Origin: an uncultured Actinomycetes bacterium
GTDB taxonomy: Bacteria; Actinomycetota; Thermoleophilia; UBA2241
NCBI GenBank assembly: GCA_963725665.1
Contig: CAVRZA010000006.1
Coordinates: forward strand, 192,001-256,000
Direction of reading: 5' to 3'
Length of the DNA stretch: 64,000 nucleotides
The position numbers and the translations under genes are program-made. Below, in pieces: positions 21,217-30,914 of the stretch (position 1 is its first letter; every line of letters starts with the position of its first letter). Below the pieces are notes generated by a model, which ran no database searches, was not told where the DNA came from, and saw only the letters and a program-made list of their open reading frames with translations.

Positions 21217-22489
21217 AGTCGCCCTCCACCCTGACGACGCTCGGCGTGCCGCGCACGACCGAGAGCGCCTTGATCTCCTCAAGGGCGGCATGGAAGCTCG
21301 CCTCGCGCACGGGATGTAGCACCAACACGAGCTGGGCGGTCTCACCCTCGCCGGTCTGCTGCATCGACTGGATGCTCACGCCCTCGTCGCCGAAGAGCTT
21401 GGCGAGCTGTGCCAGGACGCCGGGCTGGTCGACGACGTGCAGCCGCAAATAGAAGCGCGACACGACCTCGTCGTTGGGGAAGAAGGCGAGGTCCTTGTAG
21501 CAGACGCAGTTGCGCACGTAGCCGCCGGGGGCCGTGTTGACGATGGAGATGATGTCGCCGATGACGGCCGACGCCGTCGGCGTGCCGCCGGCGCCGGGAC
21601 CGAAGAGCATGATCTTGTCGAAGGAATCGCTCTCGAGGAAGACGGCGTTGTAAGCGCCCGAGACGCCGGCCAGGGGGTGAGCGGTGGGGATGAAGCAGGG
21701 ATAGACGCGCACGTTGACGCGTCCGTCGATGAGCTTCGCGACGCCGAGCAGCTTGGGCACCAGGCCGAGGGCCTTGCCGTGGGCGACGTCGGCGTCGGCG
21801 AGCCCCTCGATGCCCTCGTGCTCGACGTCGCCCAGCCGCACGCGGCTGTGGAAGGCGATCGACGAGAGGATGGCCATCTTCGCCGCCGCGTCCTTGCCGG
21901 TAACGTCCTCCGTCGGGTCGGCCTCGGCGAACCCGAGCTCCTGAGCCTTCTTCAGCGTTGGCCCGTACTCGGCTCCGGTGTCGGTCATGGCCGAGAGGAT
22001 GTAGTTGGTCGTCCCGTTGACGATGCCCATGACGCCGGTCACCTCGGCCGCGGCGAGCGACTCGCGCAGCACCTTGATCACCGGCACCGCCCCGACCGAG
22101 CTCGCCTCGAAACGCAAGAAGACGCCGGCGTCCTCTGCGGCCTGCAGGAGCTCGGCGCCATGCTGCGAGAGGAGCTGCTTGTTGGCCGTGACGACGGACT
22201 TACCGGCCGCCAGCGCCTCGAGCTGGAAGCTGCGCGCCGGTTCGAGGCCGCCGATGAGCTCGACGACGATATCGATGCCGGGGTCGCCGACGATCTCGGC
22301 GAAGTCCGCCGAAACGGGGACGCCCTCCGGGACCAGCTTCGCCCGCTCGGGGATCCTCTCGAGGACGCGGCGCAGCTCGACGTCCCTGCCCGTGGCGAGC
22401 TTGATCTCGCCGGCCTGTTCGACGAGCAGGCGCCCGACGCCGGAGCCGACCGTGCCGTAGCCCAGCAAGCCGATCCCTACCTTGTCCAT
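21206..22489 (-). CDS. hom: Homoserine dehydrogenase (with ACT domain)
   Basis: [25 protein letters not shown] and AEADPTED. Confidence 0.96.
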   Translation of the reverse strand: MDKVGIGLLGYGTVGSGVGRLLVEQAGEIKLATGRDVELRRVLERIPERAKLVPEGVPVSADFAEIVGDPGIDIVVELIGGLEPARSFQLEALAAGKSVVTANKQLLSQHGAELLQAAEDAGVFLRFEASSVGAVPVIKVLRESLAAAEVTGVMGIVNGTTNYILSAMTDTGAEYGPTLKKAQELGFAEADPTEDVTGKDAAAKMAILSSIAFHSRVRLGDVEHEGIEGLADADVAHGKALGLVPKLLGVAKLIDGRVNVRVYPCFIPTAHPLAGVSGAYNAVFLESDSFDKIMLFGPGAGGTPTASAVIGDIISIVNTAPGGYVRNCVCYKDLAFFPNDEVVSRFYLRLHVVDQPGVLAQLAKLFGDEGVSIQSMQQTGEGETAQLVLVLHPVREASFHAALEEIKALSVVRGTPSVVRVEGDYAG

Positions 22490-22513
22490 CGCCAGAACCT
22501 CCCGCCCCTCGCG

Positions 22514-23854
22514 TCAGAGGGTGGATGCCGGCGCCGCGAGCGGCCGCTGCAGGCGCACGACGTCCTCCCAGGTCTCTCGCTCGATCACGACACGCGCCGC
22601 GCCGTCCTTCACGAAGACGACGGCGGGGCGCGGCTGCCCGTTGTAGTTGTTGGCCATGGCGTAGCCGTAGGCGCCGGTGCACGGTGTCACCAGCACGTCG
22701 CCGGGCTCGGGCGGCGCGACGGCCACGTCGCGCACCAGCACGTCGCCGGACTCGCAGTGCTTGCCGGCGACGGTCACCTCGACCGTCGCCGGCACGTCGG
22801 CCTTGCTCGCCAGCATGGCCTCGTAGCGCTGCCCGTAGAGCATGGGCCGGAGGTTGTCGGACATGCCGCCGTCGACGGCGACGTAGGTGCGCACGCCGGG
22901 CACCTCCTTGACGACGCCGACGCGATAGGCGGTGACGGCCGCCTTGCCGGCGATCGAGCGTCCCGGCTCGACGAGGAGCGTGGGCATCGGCAGCCCGTGG
23001 CGCACGGCCTCGCGGCTCGCGGCCTCGACTGCGACCTGCGCGAACTCGGCGATCGACGACGGGTGGTCGCGCGGCGTGTAGCGGATGCCGAGGCCGCCGC
23101 CGAGGTTGACGACCGCGCAGGCGAAGCCGAAGCGGTCGCGCCACTCGGCGGCGGCGGCGAAGAGCACCTCGATCGCGGCCGCGTACGAGGAGAGGTCGAA
23201 GATCTGCGAGCCGAGATGGGCGTGCACGCCCACGAGCTCGAGGTGCGGCGCCGCGAGACAGGCGGCGACGGCTTCGGCCGCGACACCTCCGGCGAGGCCG
23301 AAGCCGAACTTCGAGTCCTGTTGACCGGTCTGGATGTGACTGTGCGTGGACGGCGCGATACCGGGGGTGAGGCGCAACAGCACTGTCTCCCGCCGGCCCC
23401 GAGCGGCCGCGAGCCTGTCGAGCAGGGCGATCTCCTCGAACGAGTCGACGACGAAGGTGCCGATCCCCACGTCGAGACCGAGCTCGATCTCGGCCGTCGA
23501 CTTGTCGTTGCCGTGGAAGTAGATGCGCTCCGGCGGGAAGCCGGCCACCCTAGCTGTGTAAAGCTCGCCGCCGGAGGCGACGTCGAGCGAGAGGCCCTCC
23601 TCGGCGACGAGTTGGCACATGGCGACACACGTGAAGGCTTTGCTCGCGTAGACGACCGCGAAGGACCCTACCTTGCCCTCGAAGGCGGCCACGTAAGCGC
23701 GGCACTGGTCGCGCAACGCCTGCTCGTCGTAGATGAAGAGCGGCGTGCCGTAGGCGTCGGCCAGTGAGACGACGTCGCAGCCCCCGATCTCGAGGTGGCC
23801 GGCGGCGTTGTGGCGGGTCGACTGCGGATAGATGAGGGTGTGGGTCACTGTCAA
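22514..23854 (-). CDS. lysA: Diaminopimelate decarboxylase
   Basis: YASKAF, HLGSQIF, EPGRSI and GKHCESGD; the real start may be GTG 23848, just behind a TGGTAGAAT extended -10. Confidence 0.96.
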   Translation of the reverse strand: MTVTHTLIYPQSTRHNAAGHLEIGGCDVVSLADAYGTPLFIYDEQALRDQCRAYVAAFEGKVGSFAVVYASKAFTCVAMCQLVAEEGLSLDVASGGELYTARVAGFPPERIYFHGNDKSTAEIELGLDVGIGTFVVDSFEEIALLDRLAAARGRRETVLLRLTPGIAPSTHSHIQTGQQDSKFGFGLAGGVAAEAVAACLAAPHLELVGVHAHLGSQIFDLSSYAAAIEVLFAAAAEWRDRFGFACAVVNLGGGLGIRYTPRDHPSSIAEFAQVAVEAASREAVRHGLPMPTLLVEPGRSIAGKAAVTAYRVGVVKEVPGVRTYVAVDGGMSDNLRPMLYGQRYEAMLASKADVPATVEVTVAGKHCESGDVLVRDVAVAPPEPGDVLVTPCTGAYGYAMANNYNGQPRPAVVFVKDGAARVVIERETWEDVVRLQRPLAAPASTL

Positions 23855-23987
23855 AGGATTCTACCAACAGGCGCAGGCCAAACCGCGCAGCGCGCAGCGT
23901 CGCGAAGAGTCGCTATGGCGGCGCCGGCAACGCGTCAACGGACTGCGGCCGCCCGGCGGCGGCAGGCCGGACCACGCCGCTCCCCTG

Positions 23988-24515
23988 CTAGTACTCGATG
24001 CCCTCGCGCGCCGGCACGCCGGCGTCGTAGTAGTGCTTCACCGCGCGCATCTCGGTGACGAGGTCGGCGGCCGCCACGACTTCGTCGGGCGCCCGCCGTC
24101 CCGTCACCACCAGCTCCACCTGGGCCGGCTTCTCCTCGAAGAGGCGCAGCACGTTGGCCAGCGGGACAAGCTCGAAGTAGAGCGCCGTGAGCAGCTCGTC
24201 GAGGATGACTAGGTCGAAGGCGCCGCCCAGGACGATCTCGCGCGCCCCGGCGAAGCCCTCCGCGGCCGCTCGCCGGTCGTCGTCGGTCGCCTCGCCCTTG
24301 CGCACCCAGTGGTCGGGGCCGACCTGCCGCACGTCGAGGCCGATCCGTCGCGCCATGACGATCTCGCCCCACGACGGATCGGCCTTCATGAACTGCACCA
24401 CGACGACGCGCAGGTCGTGGCCCAGAGCGCGCAGCCCAAGGCCGAGGGCGGCTGTCGTCTTGCCCTTGCCGTCCCCGGTGTAGACCTGCACATAACCCCG
24501 CCTCTGTGGGCTCAC
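23988..24515 (-). CDS. cobO: Cob(I)yrinic acid a,c-diamide adenosyltransferase
   Basis: QVYTGDGKGKTTAALG, VVQFMK, LVILDE, TGR and REGIEY. Confidence 0.92.
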   Translation of the reverse strand: MSPQRRGYVQVYTGDGKGKTTAALGLGLRALGHDLRVVVVQFMKADPSWGEIVMARRIGLDVRQVGPDHWVRKGEATDDDRRAAAEGFAGAREIVLGGAFDLVILDELLTALYFELVPLANVLRLFEEKPAQVELVVTGRRAPDEVVAAADLVTEMRAVKHYYDAGVPAREGIEY

Positions 24516-24624
24516 CGCACGCGACCCCCCCACTCTCCGCTCACCGCGCGGCGTCCCCAAGCCCGCCGACCGCGCCGACCGCGCACCATGCCCACGCCCA
24601 GCCCCTCGCGCATCGGCGCTCCAA

Positions 24625-25479
24625 TCAGCCGCCGTACTCGTAGAAGCCCGAGCCGGTCTTGCGGCCCAGCCTCCCCGCGGCCACGTAGCGACGCAGCAGC
24701 GGGCAGGGACGATACTTGGGATCGCCCAGGTCGCGATAGAGCGTCTCGATGATGGCCAGCGTCGTGTCGAGGCCGACGAGGTCGGCAAGCGCCAGTGGGC
24801 CCATGGGATGGTTGGCCCCCAGCTTCATGCCGGCATCGATCTCCGCGGCGCTCGCCACCCCCTCGTAGAGCGCGAACACCGCCTCGTTGATCATCGGGAA
24901 GAGGATGCGATTGGCCACGAATCCCGGCGAGTCGGCGACGGTGATCGGCGTCTTGCCCACGGTCTCCGCGAAGGCGCGCGCGGCCGCCACCGTCTCTTCG
25001 CTCGTCTCGAGGCCGCGCACGATCTCGACCAGGGCCATGGCCGGCACGGGGTTGAAGAAGTGGATGCCCACGAAGCGGTCGGGACGCCTGGTGAAGGTAG
25101 CCAGCTTGGTGACCGAGAGGCTCGATGTGTTGGTGGCGATGATCGCCTCCTCACGGAGGAGCGCGTCGGCGGCCTCGAAGAGACCCTGCTTGATGTCGAG
25201 GACCTCGGGCGCCGCCTCGATAAAGAGGTTGGCGTCGCGGCCGGCGTCGAGGGTCAGCGACGTGGTGATACTTGCCAATGCCTGCTCGCGCGCCGCGAGT
25301 TCGAGCTTGCCCTTCTCGACCTGCCGCCCGAGGTTCTTCTCGATCGCGGCGATGCCGCGTGCGATGAACTCGTCGGCGACGTCCGTCAGGACTACCCGCA
25401 TGCCCGCCTGAGCGGCGACCTGGGCGATGCCTGCCCCCATCTGGCCGGCTCCTGCCACCAGCAGCTTCTCCACCTTCAC
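24625..25479 (-). CDS. hbd: 3-hydroxybutyryl-CoA / 3-hydroxyacyl-CoA dehydrogenase
   Basis: GAGQMGAGIA, TNTSSL, HFFNPVP, PGFVANR and NHPMGPL; GGAGG RBS before GTG 25479. Confidence 0.9.
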   Translation of the reverse strand: MKVEKLLVAGAGQMGAGIAQVAAQAGMRVVLTDVADEFIARGIAAIEKNLGRQVEKGKLELAAREQALASITTSLTLDAGRDANLFIEAAPEVLDIKQGLFEAADALLREEAIIATNTSSLSVTKLATFTRRPDRFVGIHFFNPVPAMALVEIVRGLETSEETVAAARAFAETVGKTPITVADSPGFVANRILFPMINEAVFALYEGVASAAEIDAGMKLGANHPMGPLALADLVGLDTTLAIIETLYRDLGDPKYRPCPLLRRYVAAGRLGRKTGSGFYEYGG

Positions 25480-25756
25480 CTCGTGCCTCCTCCGGCCAAA
25501 TCTCTCCGCTGCGCCGACTTGACGCGGCGCGACACCCCTGCGCGCCCGGACGGCACCCAAGGAGCGGCCTTCCTCGTGTCTCCGCACAAGGGGCCGACGA
25601 AGCCGTTCCCGACGGCTTCGTGAGGCAACACTACTATAGGTCGAGGAATGGACCGCAAGCTCCTCGCCGCAGCCATGCACGCCCGGCCGCGACGACACCC
25701 GCAGACCGCGGCGACCTGCCCCGTAAGCTGACTGCGGCCGTTTCCACTGGTACCAT

Positions 25757-26434
25757 GTGGCAATGAGCCTGAGCGATCCCCCCAAGATCATCGCCTGCAA
25801 AGCGCTGCACGACGAGATCCTCTCCATCGCCGACGGCCTCGACGTTGAGTTCGTCGAGGCGCGCCTGCACGACGTGCCCGACAAGTTGCGCACAACGGTT
25901 CAGGAGGCGATAACGAACACCCCCGGCGAGCGCACCATCCTGCTGCTCTACGGGCGCTGCAGCAACGGCACCGCCGGACTCGAGGCCGGGCCGCACCGTC
26001 TCATCCTGCCGGCGGTCGACGACTGCATCTCGCTGCTCCTCGGCTCCCGGGCCAGGTACCTCGAAGAGCACGCGAAGCACCCTGGGACCTACTACTACAC
26101 GCGCGGCTGGATCGAGTACATCGACGACCCCTACGCGGAGTACAAGCAGATCGTGCCCAAGTATGGCGAGGAGAAGGCACGCCGCATCGCCCTCATGATC
26201 ATGGAGGGCTACACACGCGTCGCCCTCATCGACACCGGCAGCTACCCGCTCGACGAGTACGAGCCCTACGTCAACGAGGTGAGCGAGTTCTACGACCTTC
26301 ACGTGGAGCACCTCGCCGGCTCCCTGCGCTACATCGAGAAGCTCGTCAAAGGGCCCCACGATGGGGAGTTCATCGTCATCGAGCCAGGGGGTGTGCTCGA
26401 GGAGCGCATCTTCTGGGAGCTCGACTCGGGCTAG
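25757..26434 (+). CDS. DUF1638 domain protein (corrinoid methyltransferase-associated)
   Basis: IIACK, LHDVPDKLR, LLYGRC, DDCISLLLGS and TYYYTRGW. Confidence 0.85.
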   Translation: MAMSLSDPPKIIACKALHDEILSIADGLDVEFVEARLHDVPDKLRTTVQEAITNTPGERTILLLYGRCSNGTAGLEAGPHRLILPAVDDCISLLLGSRARYLEEHAKHPGTYYYTRGWIEYIDDPYAEYKQIVPKYGEEKARRIALMIMEGYTRVALIDTGSYPLDEYEPYVNEVSEFYDLHVEHLAGSLRYIEKLVKGPHDGEFIVIEPGGVLEERIFWELDSG

Positions 26435-26437
26435 CAG

Positions 26438-27262
26438 GTGCGCCTGGCCGTCGTCCAGCTTCGCGACGAGCCTCACGACGTCGCCGCGAACCTCGCCACC
26501 AGCCTGCGGCTCCTCCAGGAGGCGCGCGACGGCGGCGCCGAGCTGGCCGTCTTCCCCGAGCTGGCGCTGACGGGCTACTACCTCGACCAGGAGACGGCGC
26601 GCGGCGCCGCCGTCGCGGACCGTGCACTCGCGCGGCTCCAGGCGGCCGTCGACGAGCTGGGGCTGCCCACCGTCTACGGCCTGCCGCTCCTCGAGGGGCA
26701 GGCGCTCCTCAACGCCGTCGCCGTGCTGCGCCCGTCGCTCGAGCCGCAGTTCTACGTGAAGACGCACCTGTTCCGGCGCGAGAAGGACTGGTTCACCCCG
26801 GGCATGACGTTGTGGAGCGGCGACCTGGCCGGCTGGCGCTGCGGCATCCTGCACTGCTACGAAGTGGGCTTTCCCGAGATCGCGCGCGCCCTCGTCCTGC
26901 AGGGCGCGCGCCTGTTGCTCGTGCCGGCCGCCTTCGGCCGGCAGCGGCATCACATCTGGACGACGATGACGGTGGCGCGGGCGATCGAGAACGGCGCCTA
27001 CCTCGCGGCCGCCGCGCAGGCGGGCTCAAACGGCAAGGTGGACTTCGAGGGCCACAGCCGCATTGTGGACCCCATCGGGCGCGTCATCGCCGAGGCACCG
27101 GGCGAGCAGGGGATCATCTACGCCGACCTCGACGCCTCGCTCATCGCCTCGATCCGCGAGGGGCGCGACGACGCCAACTACTACCTCGGCGATCGCCGCC
27201 CTGAGCTGTACGGCCCCGTGACCGGCCGCGAGGGCGTCCCCGGGCTCGAGGAACCCGCCTAA
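26438..27262 (+). CDS. Carbon-nitrogen hydrolase (nitrilase family)
   Basis: FPELALTGY, YVKTHL and HCYEVGFPE (E-K-C triad). Confidence 0.9.
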   Translation: MRLAVVQLRDEPHDVAANLATSLRLLQEARDGGAELAVFPELALTGYYLDQETARGAAVADRALARLQAAVDELGLPTVYGLPLLEGQALLNAVAVLRPSLEPQFYVKTHLFRREKDWFTPGMTLWSGDLAGWRCGILHCYEVGFPEIARALVLQGARLLLVPAAFGRQRHHIWTTMTVARAIENGAYLAAAAQAGSNGKVDFEGHSRIVDPIGRVIAEAPGEQGIIYADLDASLIASIREGRDDANYYLGDRRPELYGPVTGREGVPGLEEPA

Positions 27263-27299
27263 GAGCCAGGGAGACGAAGGCGACCGGGGGTTCGCGGCA

Positions 27300-27785
27300 C
27301 TAGGTCGACTTCTTCTTGCCTCGGGCGCCGGGAGGCACCCAGAGCTTCTCGGCTGCCTGGGAGGCGTCGTCGCTCCCGGGTGGGCTCGCTTCGCCGCCCG
27401 TCGACGCTGGCTCGTCCTCGCCGGCCGCCGAAGCCTCCACGCGCTCGCCGCCGGGCAGCTCGCCCTCTGGCAGGGCGGCGACACGTGCGTACTGGAGCTG
27501 CATGGCCGCCAGGGTCGACCGGAAGGCTTGCACGTCTCCCGCCTGCTCGCGTTCGAGCGTCGCGATCATGCCGCGCAGGAGCTCGATGGCGAGGCGGGCA
27601 TCGGGCAGATGCCGCAACTCCAGCGTCTCGGGGGTCAGCCCGAGCTTCTGGTAGCCAAGAGTCACCAGCGTGACCATCACCTCGCCGGCCACGTCGGCGA
27701 CGCGCAAACGCTTGATCTCTTCCCTAAGCTGGGCCTCGAGCTCCTCGTCGGTCGGCTGCCGGTGCTCGTCGTTCATCTTCGTCAC
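27300..27785 (-). CDS. DUF1844-like protein
   Basis: A..KLG..ARLAIELL..LAAMQLQY pattern; overlaps the stop of the upstream gene. Confidence 0.6.
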   Translation of the reverse strand: MTKMNDEHRQPTDEELEAQLREEIKRLRVADVAGEVMVTLVTLGYQKLGLTPETLELRHLPDARLAIELLRGMIATLEREQAGDVQAFRSTLAAMQLQYARVAALPEGELPGGERVEASAAGEDEPASTGGEASPPGSDDASQAAEKLWVPPGARGKKKST

Positions 27786-28978
27786 ACCCCCAGCTCAGAA
27801 GTAGCCACGGGCACACCGGCGTCGGCGTGAGCCCGCAGCACCGTCTCGCGATACACATCGACCAAGGACTTGCCCTCGTGGAAGGCGCGCACCTGCCGCT
27901 GTGTGCCGTTGCCCTCCTCGAGCAGTCGTCCGACCCCGGCCAGGTGCTGCGCGCAGCCGAGCCGCTCCGCCTCCGGAGCGGCAAGCTCGACGAGCGCGCG
28001 CACGGCGTCGGGCGCCGGCACTTCGCGCAGCTCCGGCCAGGCCACGAGCTTGCCGTCGAGGCCGTAGCGGATGGCACGCCAGAGGTTCTCCTCGACGTAA
28101 CGGGTAGGGAGCACGAGAAGCGGCTCCCCCTCGTCGTAGCGCCGCAGCAAGACCGCCACGAGCAAGTACACCAGAGCTGCGAGCGCCAGGCTCTGCCAGA
28201 GCTCCGTCTGCGCGTCGCAGATACGCACCTCGACGGTGCCGAACTTGTGGTGCGGACGCACGCTCCACCAGATCTGCGTGAAGTCGCGAATGCAGTTGGT
28301 CGCCAGAAGCTCGGCGACGAAGCGCCGGTGCTCGGTCCAATCGCCGAACACATCGGGGACGCCACAACGCGGGAACATGCGCACGAAGGTCTGCACGCGG
28401 GCCGAGGCGAGCTCCGTCCAGATGCTCTCGATGAAGGGCGAATCGGCCGACAGCGCCAGCAGGTGCGGAAGGTAGGTGCGCATGGCGTCGCTCACCGCGA
28501 TCGCCCGGTCCCCGCCGCGCACGCCCACGTGCACGTGCACGCTCCACGTGTTGTTCCGCCACGCCACGTACTTCAGGGAGTCCTCCACCAGCCTGTAGTG
28601 CGGCGTGTCGATGATGCCCTGGTCCCTCCAGCTCGAGAACGGATGCGTCGCGGTGGCGCCGAGCACCAGCCCGTGTTCGCGCGCGAGGGTGAAGAGACCG
28701 CGACGCCGCGCCGACAGCCGAGCGGCAGCCGTGGCGAAGTCGGGGCACTTCTCGGTGGTGATCTCGATCTCCGAGGTGAGCAGCTCGCCGCGGATGTCGA
28801 GCTCGGTCGGCGCGGCGTCGCGCAGCTCCACGAAATGCTGAGCCAGGGCGAGGGTGTCGGGGTCGAGGATCTGGAACTCCTCCTCGATGGCAACCGTCAG
28901 GTCATCACTCTGAGCGAAGCGCGCCTCGACCTCCTCGAGGTAGGCCTCGTGCTCCTGTGTGGGAGGTGACCCGCTCAT
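27782..28978 (-). CDS. YbdK-family carboxylate-amine ligase (glutamate--cysteine ligase GCS2)
   Basis: TVAIEEEFQILD, HVHVG, LALSADSPF and WWSVRPHHKFGTVEVRICD; TATACT -10 lies 10 nt before ATG 28978. Confidence 0.9.
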   Translation of the reverse strand: MSGSPPTQEHEAYLEEVEARFAQSDDLTVAIEEEFQILDPDTLALAQHFVELRDAAPTELDIRGELLTSEIEITTEKCPDFATAAARLSARRRGLFTLAREHGLVLGATATHPFSSWRDQGIIDTPHYRLVEDSLKYVAWRNNTWSVHVHVGVRGGDRAIAVSDAMRTYLPHLLALSADSPFIESIWTELASARVQTFVRMFPRCGVPDVFGDWTEHRRFVAELLATNCIRDFTQIWWSVRPHHKFGTVEVRICDAQTELWQSLALAALVYLLVAVLLRRYDEGEPLLVLPTRYVEENLWRAIRYGLDGKLVAWPELREVPAPDAVRALVELAAPEAERLGCAQHLAGVGRLLEEGNGTQRQVRAFHEGKSLVDVYRETVLRAHADAGVPVATSELGV

Positions 28979-29084
28979 GACGCGCGACAGTATACCGGAG
29001 GCATGCGGGCCCCGGCGCGCGCGACGGGGGGTGGCAGGCAACCCCAGCGTGGTGGAGGTACGCGCGACGCGGGCGGCTCGCCCG

Positions 29085-29735
29085 TCAGGCGGCGCCGACC
29101 AGCTTCTTGGCGGCAACCACGGCCTCGATGGCGTCCTCGGCGTAGCCGTCGGCGCCGATCTCGTCGGCCCAGGCGCGCGTCGTGGGGGCGCCGCCGATCA
29201 TCACCTTGACGCCCGCGCGCAGACCGGCGTCCTTTAAGGCCTGGATGGTCTTCTGCTGGTTGGGCATGGTGGTCGTTAGAAGAGCGGAGAGCAGCAGCAG
29301 GTCGGGCTGCTTCTCGCGCACCTGCGTGATGAAGGTCTCCACGGCCACGTCGCAGCCGGCGTCGTAGACCTCGAAGCCGGCCGCGGAGAGCATCGAGCAG
29401 ACGATCGTCTTGCCGATCTCGTGGATGTCGCCGGCCACCGTGCCGGCGACGGCCACGCCGGTGACCTTGCGGCCCACCTTGCTTCTGTCGAACTCGGGTT
29501 GCAGGACACCCACGGCGGCCTTCATGGCCTCGGCCCCCTGCACCAGCTCGGGGAGGAAGAACTCGCCCTTGCCGAAGAGGTCACCGACCTCCTCGATGCC
29601 CTTGACGAAACCCTGGTCGAGGATGTCGGTGGGCGAGAGGCCGGCGTCGAGGCCTTGCTGCGCCAGGGCGGCCGCTTCCTCGACCTCGCCGTCGATCACG
29701 GTCTGCTTCATCTTCGCGAACAGATCCTCTGACAC
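29085..29735 (-). CDS. Methyltransferase cognate corrinoid protein (MtbC/MttC-like)
   Basis: B12 cap domain, then GDIHEIGK (DxHxxG), SALLTTT, IGGAP and GADGYAEDA. Confidence 0.92.
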   Translation of the reverse strand: MSEDLFAKMKQTVIDGEVEEAAALAQQGLDAGLSPTDILDQGFVKGIEEVGDLFGKGEFFLPELVQGAEAMKAAVGVLQPEFDRSKVGRKVTGVAVAGTVAGDIHEIGKTIVCSMLSAAGFEVYDAGCDVAVETFITQVREKQPDLLLLSALLTTTMPNQQKTIQALKDAGLRAGVKVMIGGAPTTRAWADEIGADGYAEDAIEAVVAAKKLVGAA

Positions 29736-29797
29736 TGCGACCTCCTGAGCTGTCCACCGTCGTCTGCGAGAACCTACGTCGAACGCTGCGCGAGGCC

Positions 29798-29907
29798 GGC
29801 GTCGCCGGCGCGCGGCGGGACTGACCAGGGATGAACATGGCTCCTGCCGGTCGGCTAGAGGCTACCGGAACGCGAATGGACTTGGCAAGCTGCGCGCCGG
29901 CGACGCC
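29798..29907. repeat. 16-bp perfect inverted repeat enclosing a putative promoter
   Basis: GGCGTCGCCGGCGCGC (29798-29813) and GCGCGCCGGCGACGCC (29892-29907); TTGCCA-18-TAGCCT on the minus strand lies between them. Confidence 0.6.
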
Positions 29908-29969
29908 CAAAGCCTGCCGCGAGCTTCGCAGGACCGCTGGGAACGCCGTCCCCCGGCCCTTCTCGCCCC

Positions 29970-30914
29970 CTAGATGATGTCCTTCGAGACGCGTGCCTTG
30001 AGCTCGAGCACGATGATGATGGTGGCGCTGAAGGCGACCATGAACGTCGAGATGGCGTTGATCTCGGGCGTGATGCCCATGCGCACGCGCGACCAGATCA
30101 GCAGCGGGAGCGTGGTGATCGAGGCGCCGGCGGTGAAGAAGGTCGTCACGAAGTCGTCGAAGGAGAGCGTGAAACACAGCAAAGAGGCAGCCAAGATACC
30201 GGGGAAGATGATCGGTAGGGTGACCCTGAAGAAGACGGTCATGGGGCGGCCATACAAGTCGGCTCCCGCCTCCTCGATCGCCCGGTCGAAGCCCTTCAAG
30301 CGGGCCCTGATGATGACGATGGCGAAGGGGATGTTCCAGGCCACGTGGGCGATGAGCACCGTCCAGAACCCGGGGACGAAGATCCCGCCGAAGTTGAACC
30401 CGAGGTACTTTCCCATGAAGGCGTCGAGTTGTACGAAGAAGAGCAGCGTCGACACGCCGGCGACCACCTCGGCGATGATGATCTTGGTGTAGTTCAGCCC
30501 ATCCCACATCATCTTGGTGCGGAACTCGAAGCGCTCGAGGGCAAAGGCGCCCGCCGTCGCGATCACCACGGCGATGATCGTCGAGAGGATGGCGAGCTGG
30601 ATGCTCGTAGAGAAGGCGTTGATGACATCGGGATCGTGGAGCACCGACTTGCCGCCGTCGATGTTCTGCGCCCAGTACCACTTCGTCGTGAAGTGCGTCC
30701 AGTACACGTTCAGCTTCTGGTCGTTGAACGAGAAGATGACGAGGACGACGATGGGCAGGTACAGGAAGATGAACATCAGTGTCGACCAGACCCCGAGGCC
30801 GATGTCGCTGAAGCGCATCGCACGGTCCCAGATAGAGAAGTGGACCCTGGCCCGGCGGGCGGGAGCCGGCGCCGTCGCCGGAGTCTGCGGAGGAGCGGTC
30901 ATCGTGTCGGCCAT
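29970..30914 (-). CDS. ABC transporter permease, PotC-like
   Basis: FLYLPIVVLVIFSFN, EEAGADL, FTLSFDDF and GITPEINA; ATG 30914 overlaps the upstream stop. Confidence 0.9.
   Translation of the reverse strand: MADTMTAPPQTPATAPAPARRARVHFSIWDRAMRFSDIGLGVWSTLMFIFLYLPIVVLVIFSFNDQKLNVYWTHFTTKWYWAQNIDGGKSVLHDPDVINAFSTSIQLAILSTIIAVVIATAGAFALERFEFRTKMMWDGLNYTKIIIAEVVAGVSTLLFFVQLDAFMGKYLGFNFGGIFVPGFWTVLIAHVAWNIPFAIVIIRARLKGFDRAIEEAGADLYGRPMTVFFRVTLPIIFPGILAASLLCFTLSFDDFVTTFFTAGASITTLPLLIWSRVRMGITPEINAISTFMVAFSATIIIVLELKARVSKDII

Noticed and set aside
26432-26440. DUF1638 TAG stop is in frame with the nitrilase two codons later (possible pyrrolysine or readthrough fusion)
   Set aside because: Both domains are complete on their own, an in-frame arrangement has a 1-in-3 chance, and no pyl genes are visible
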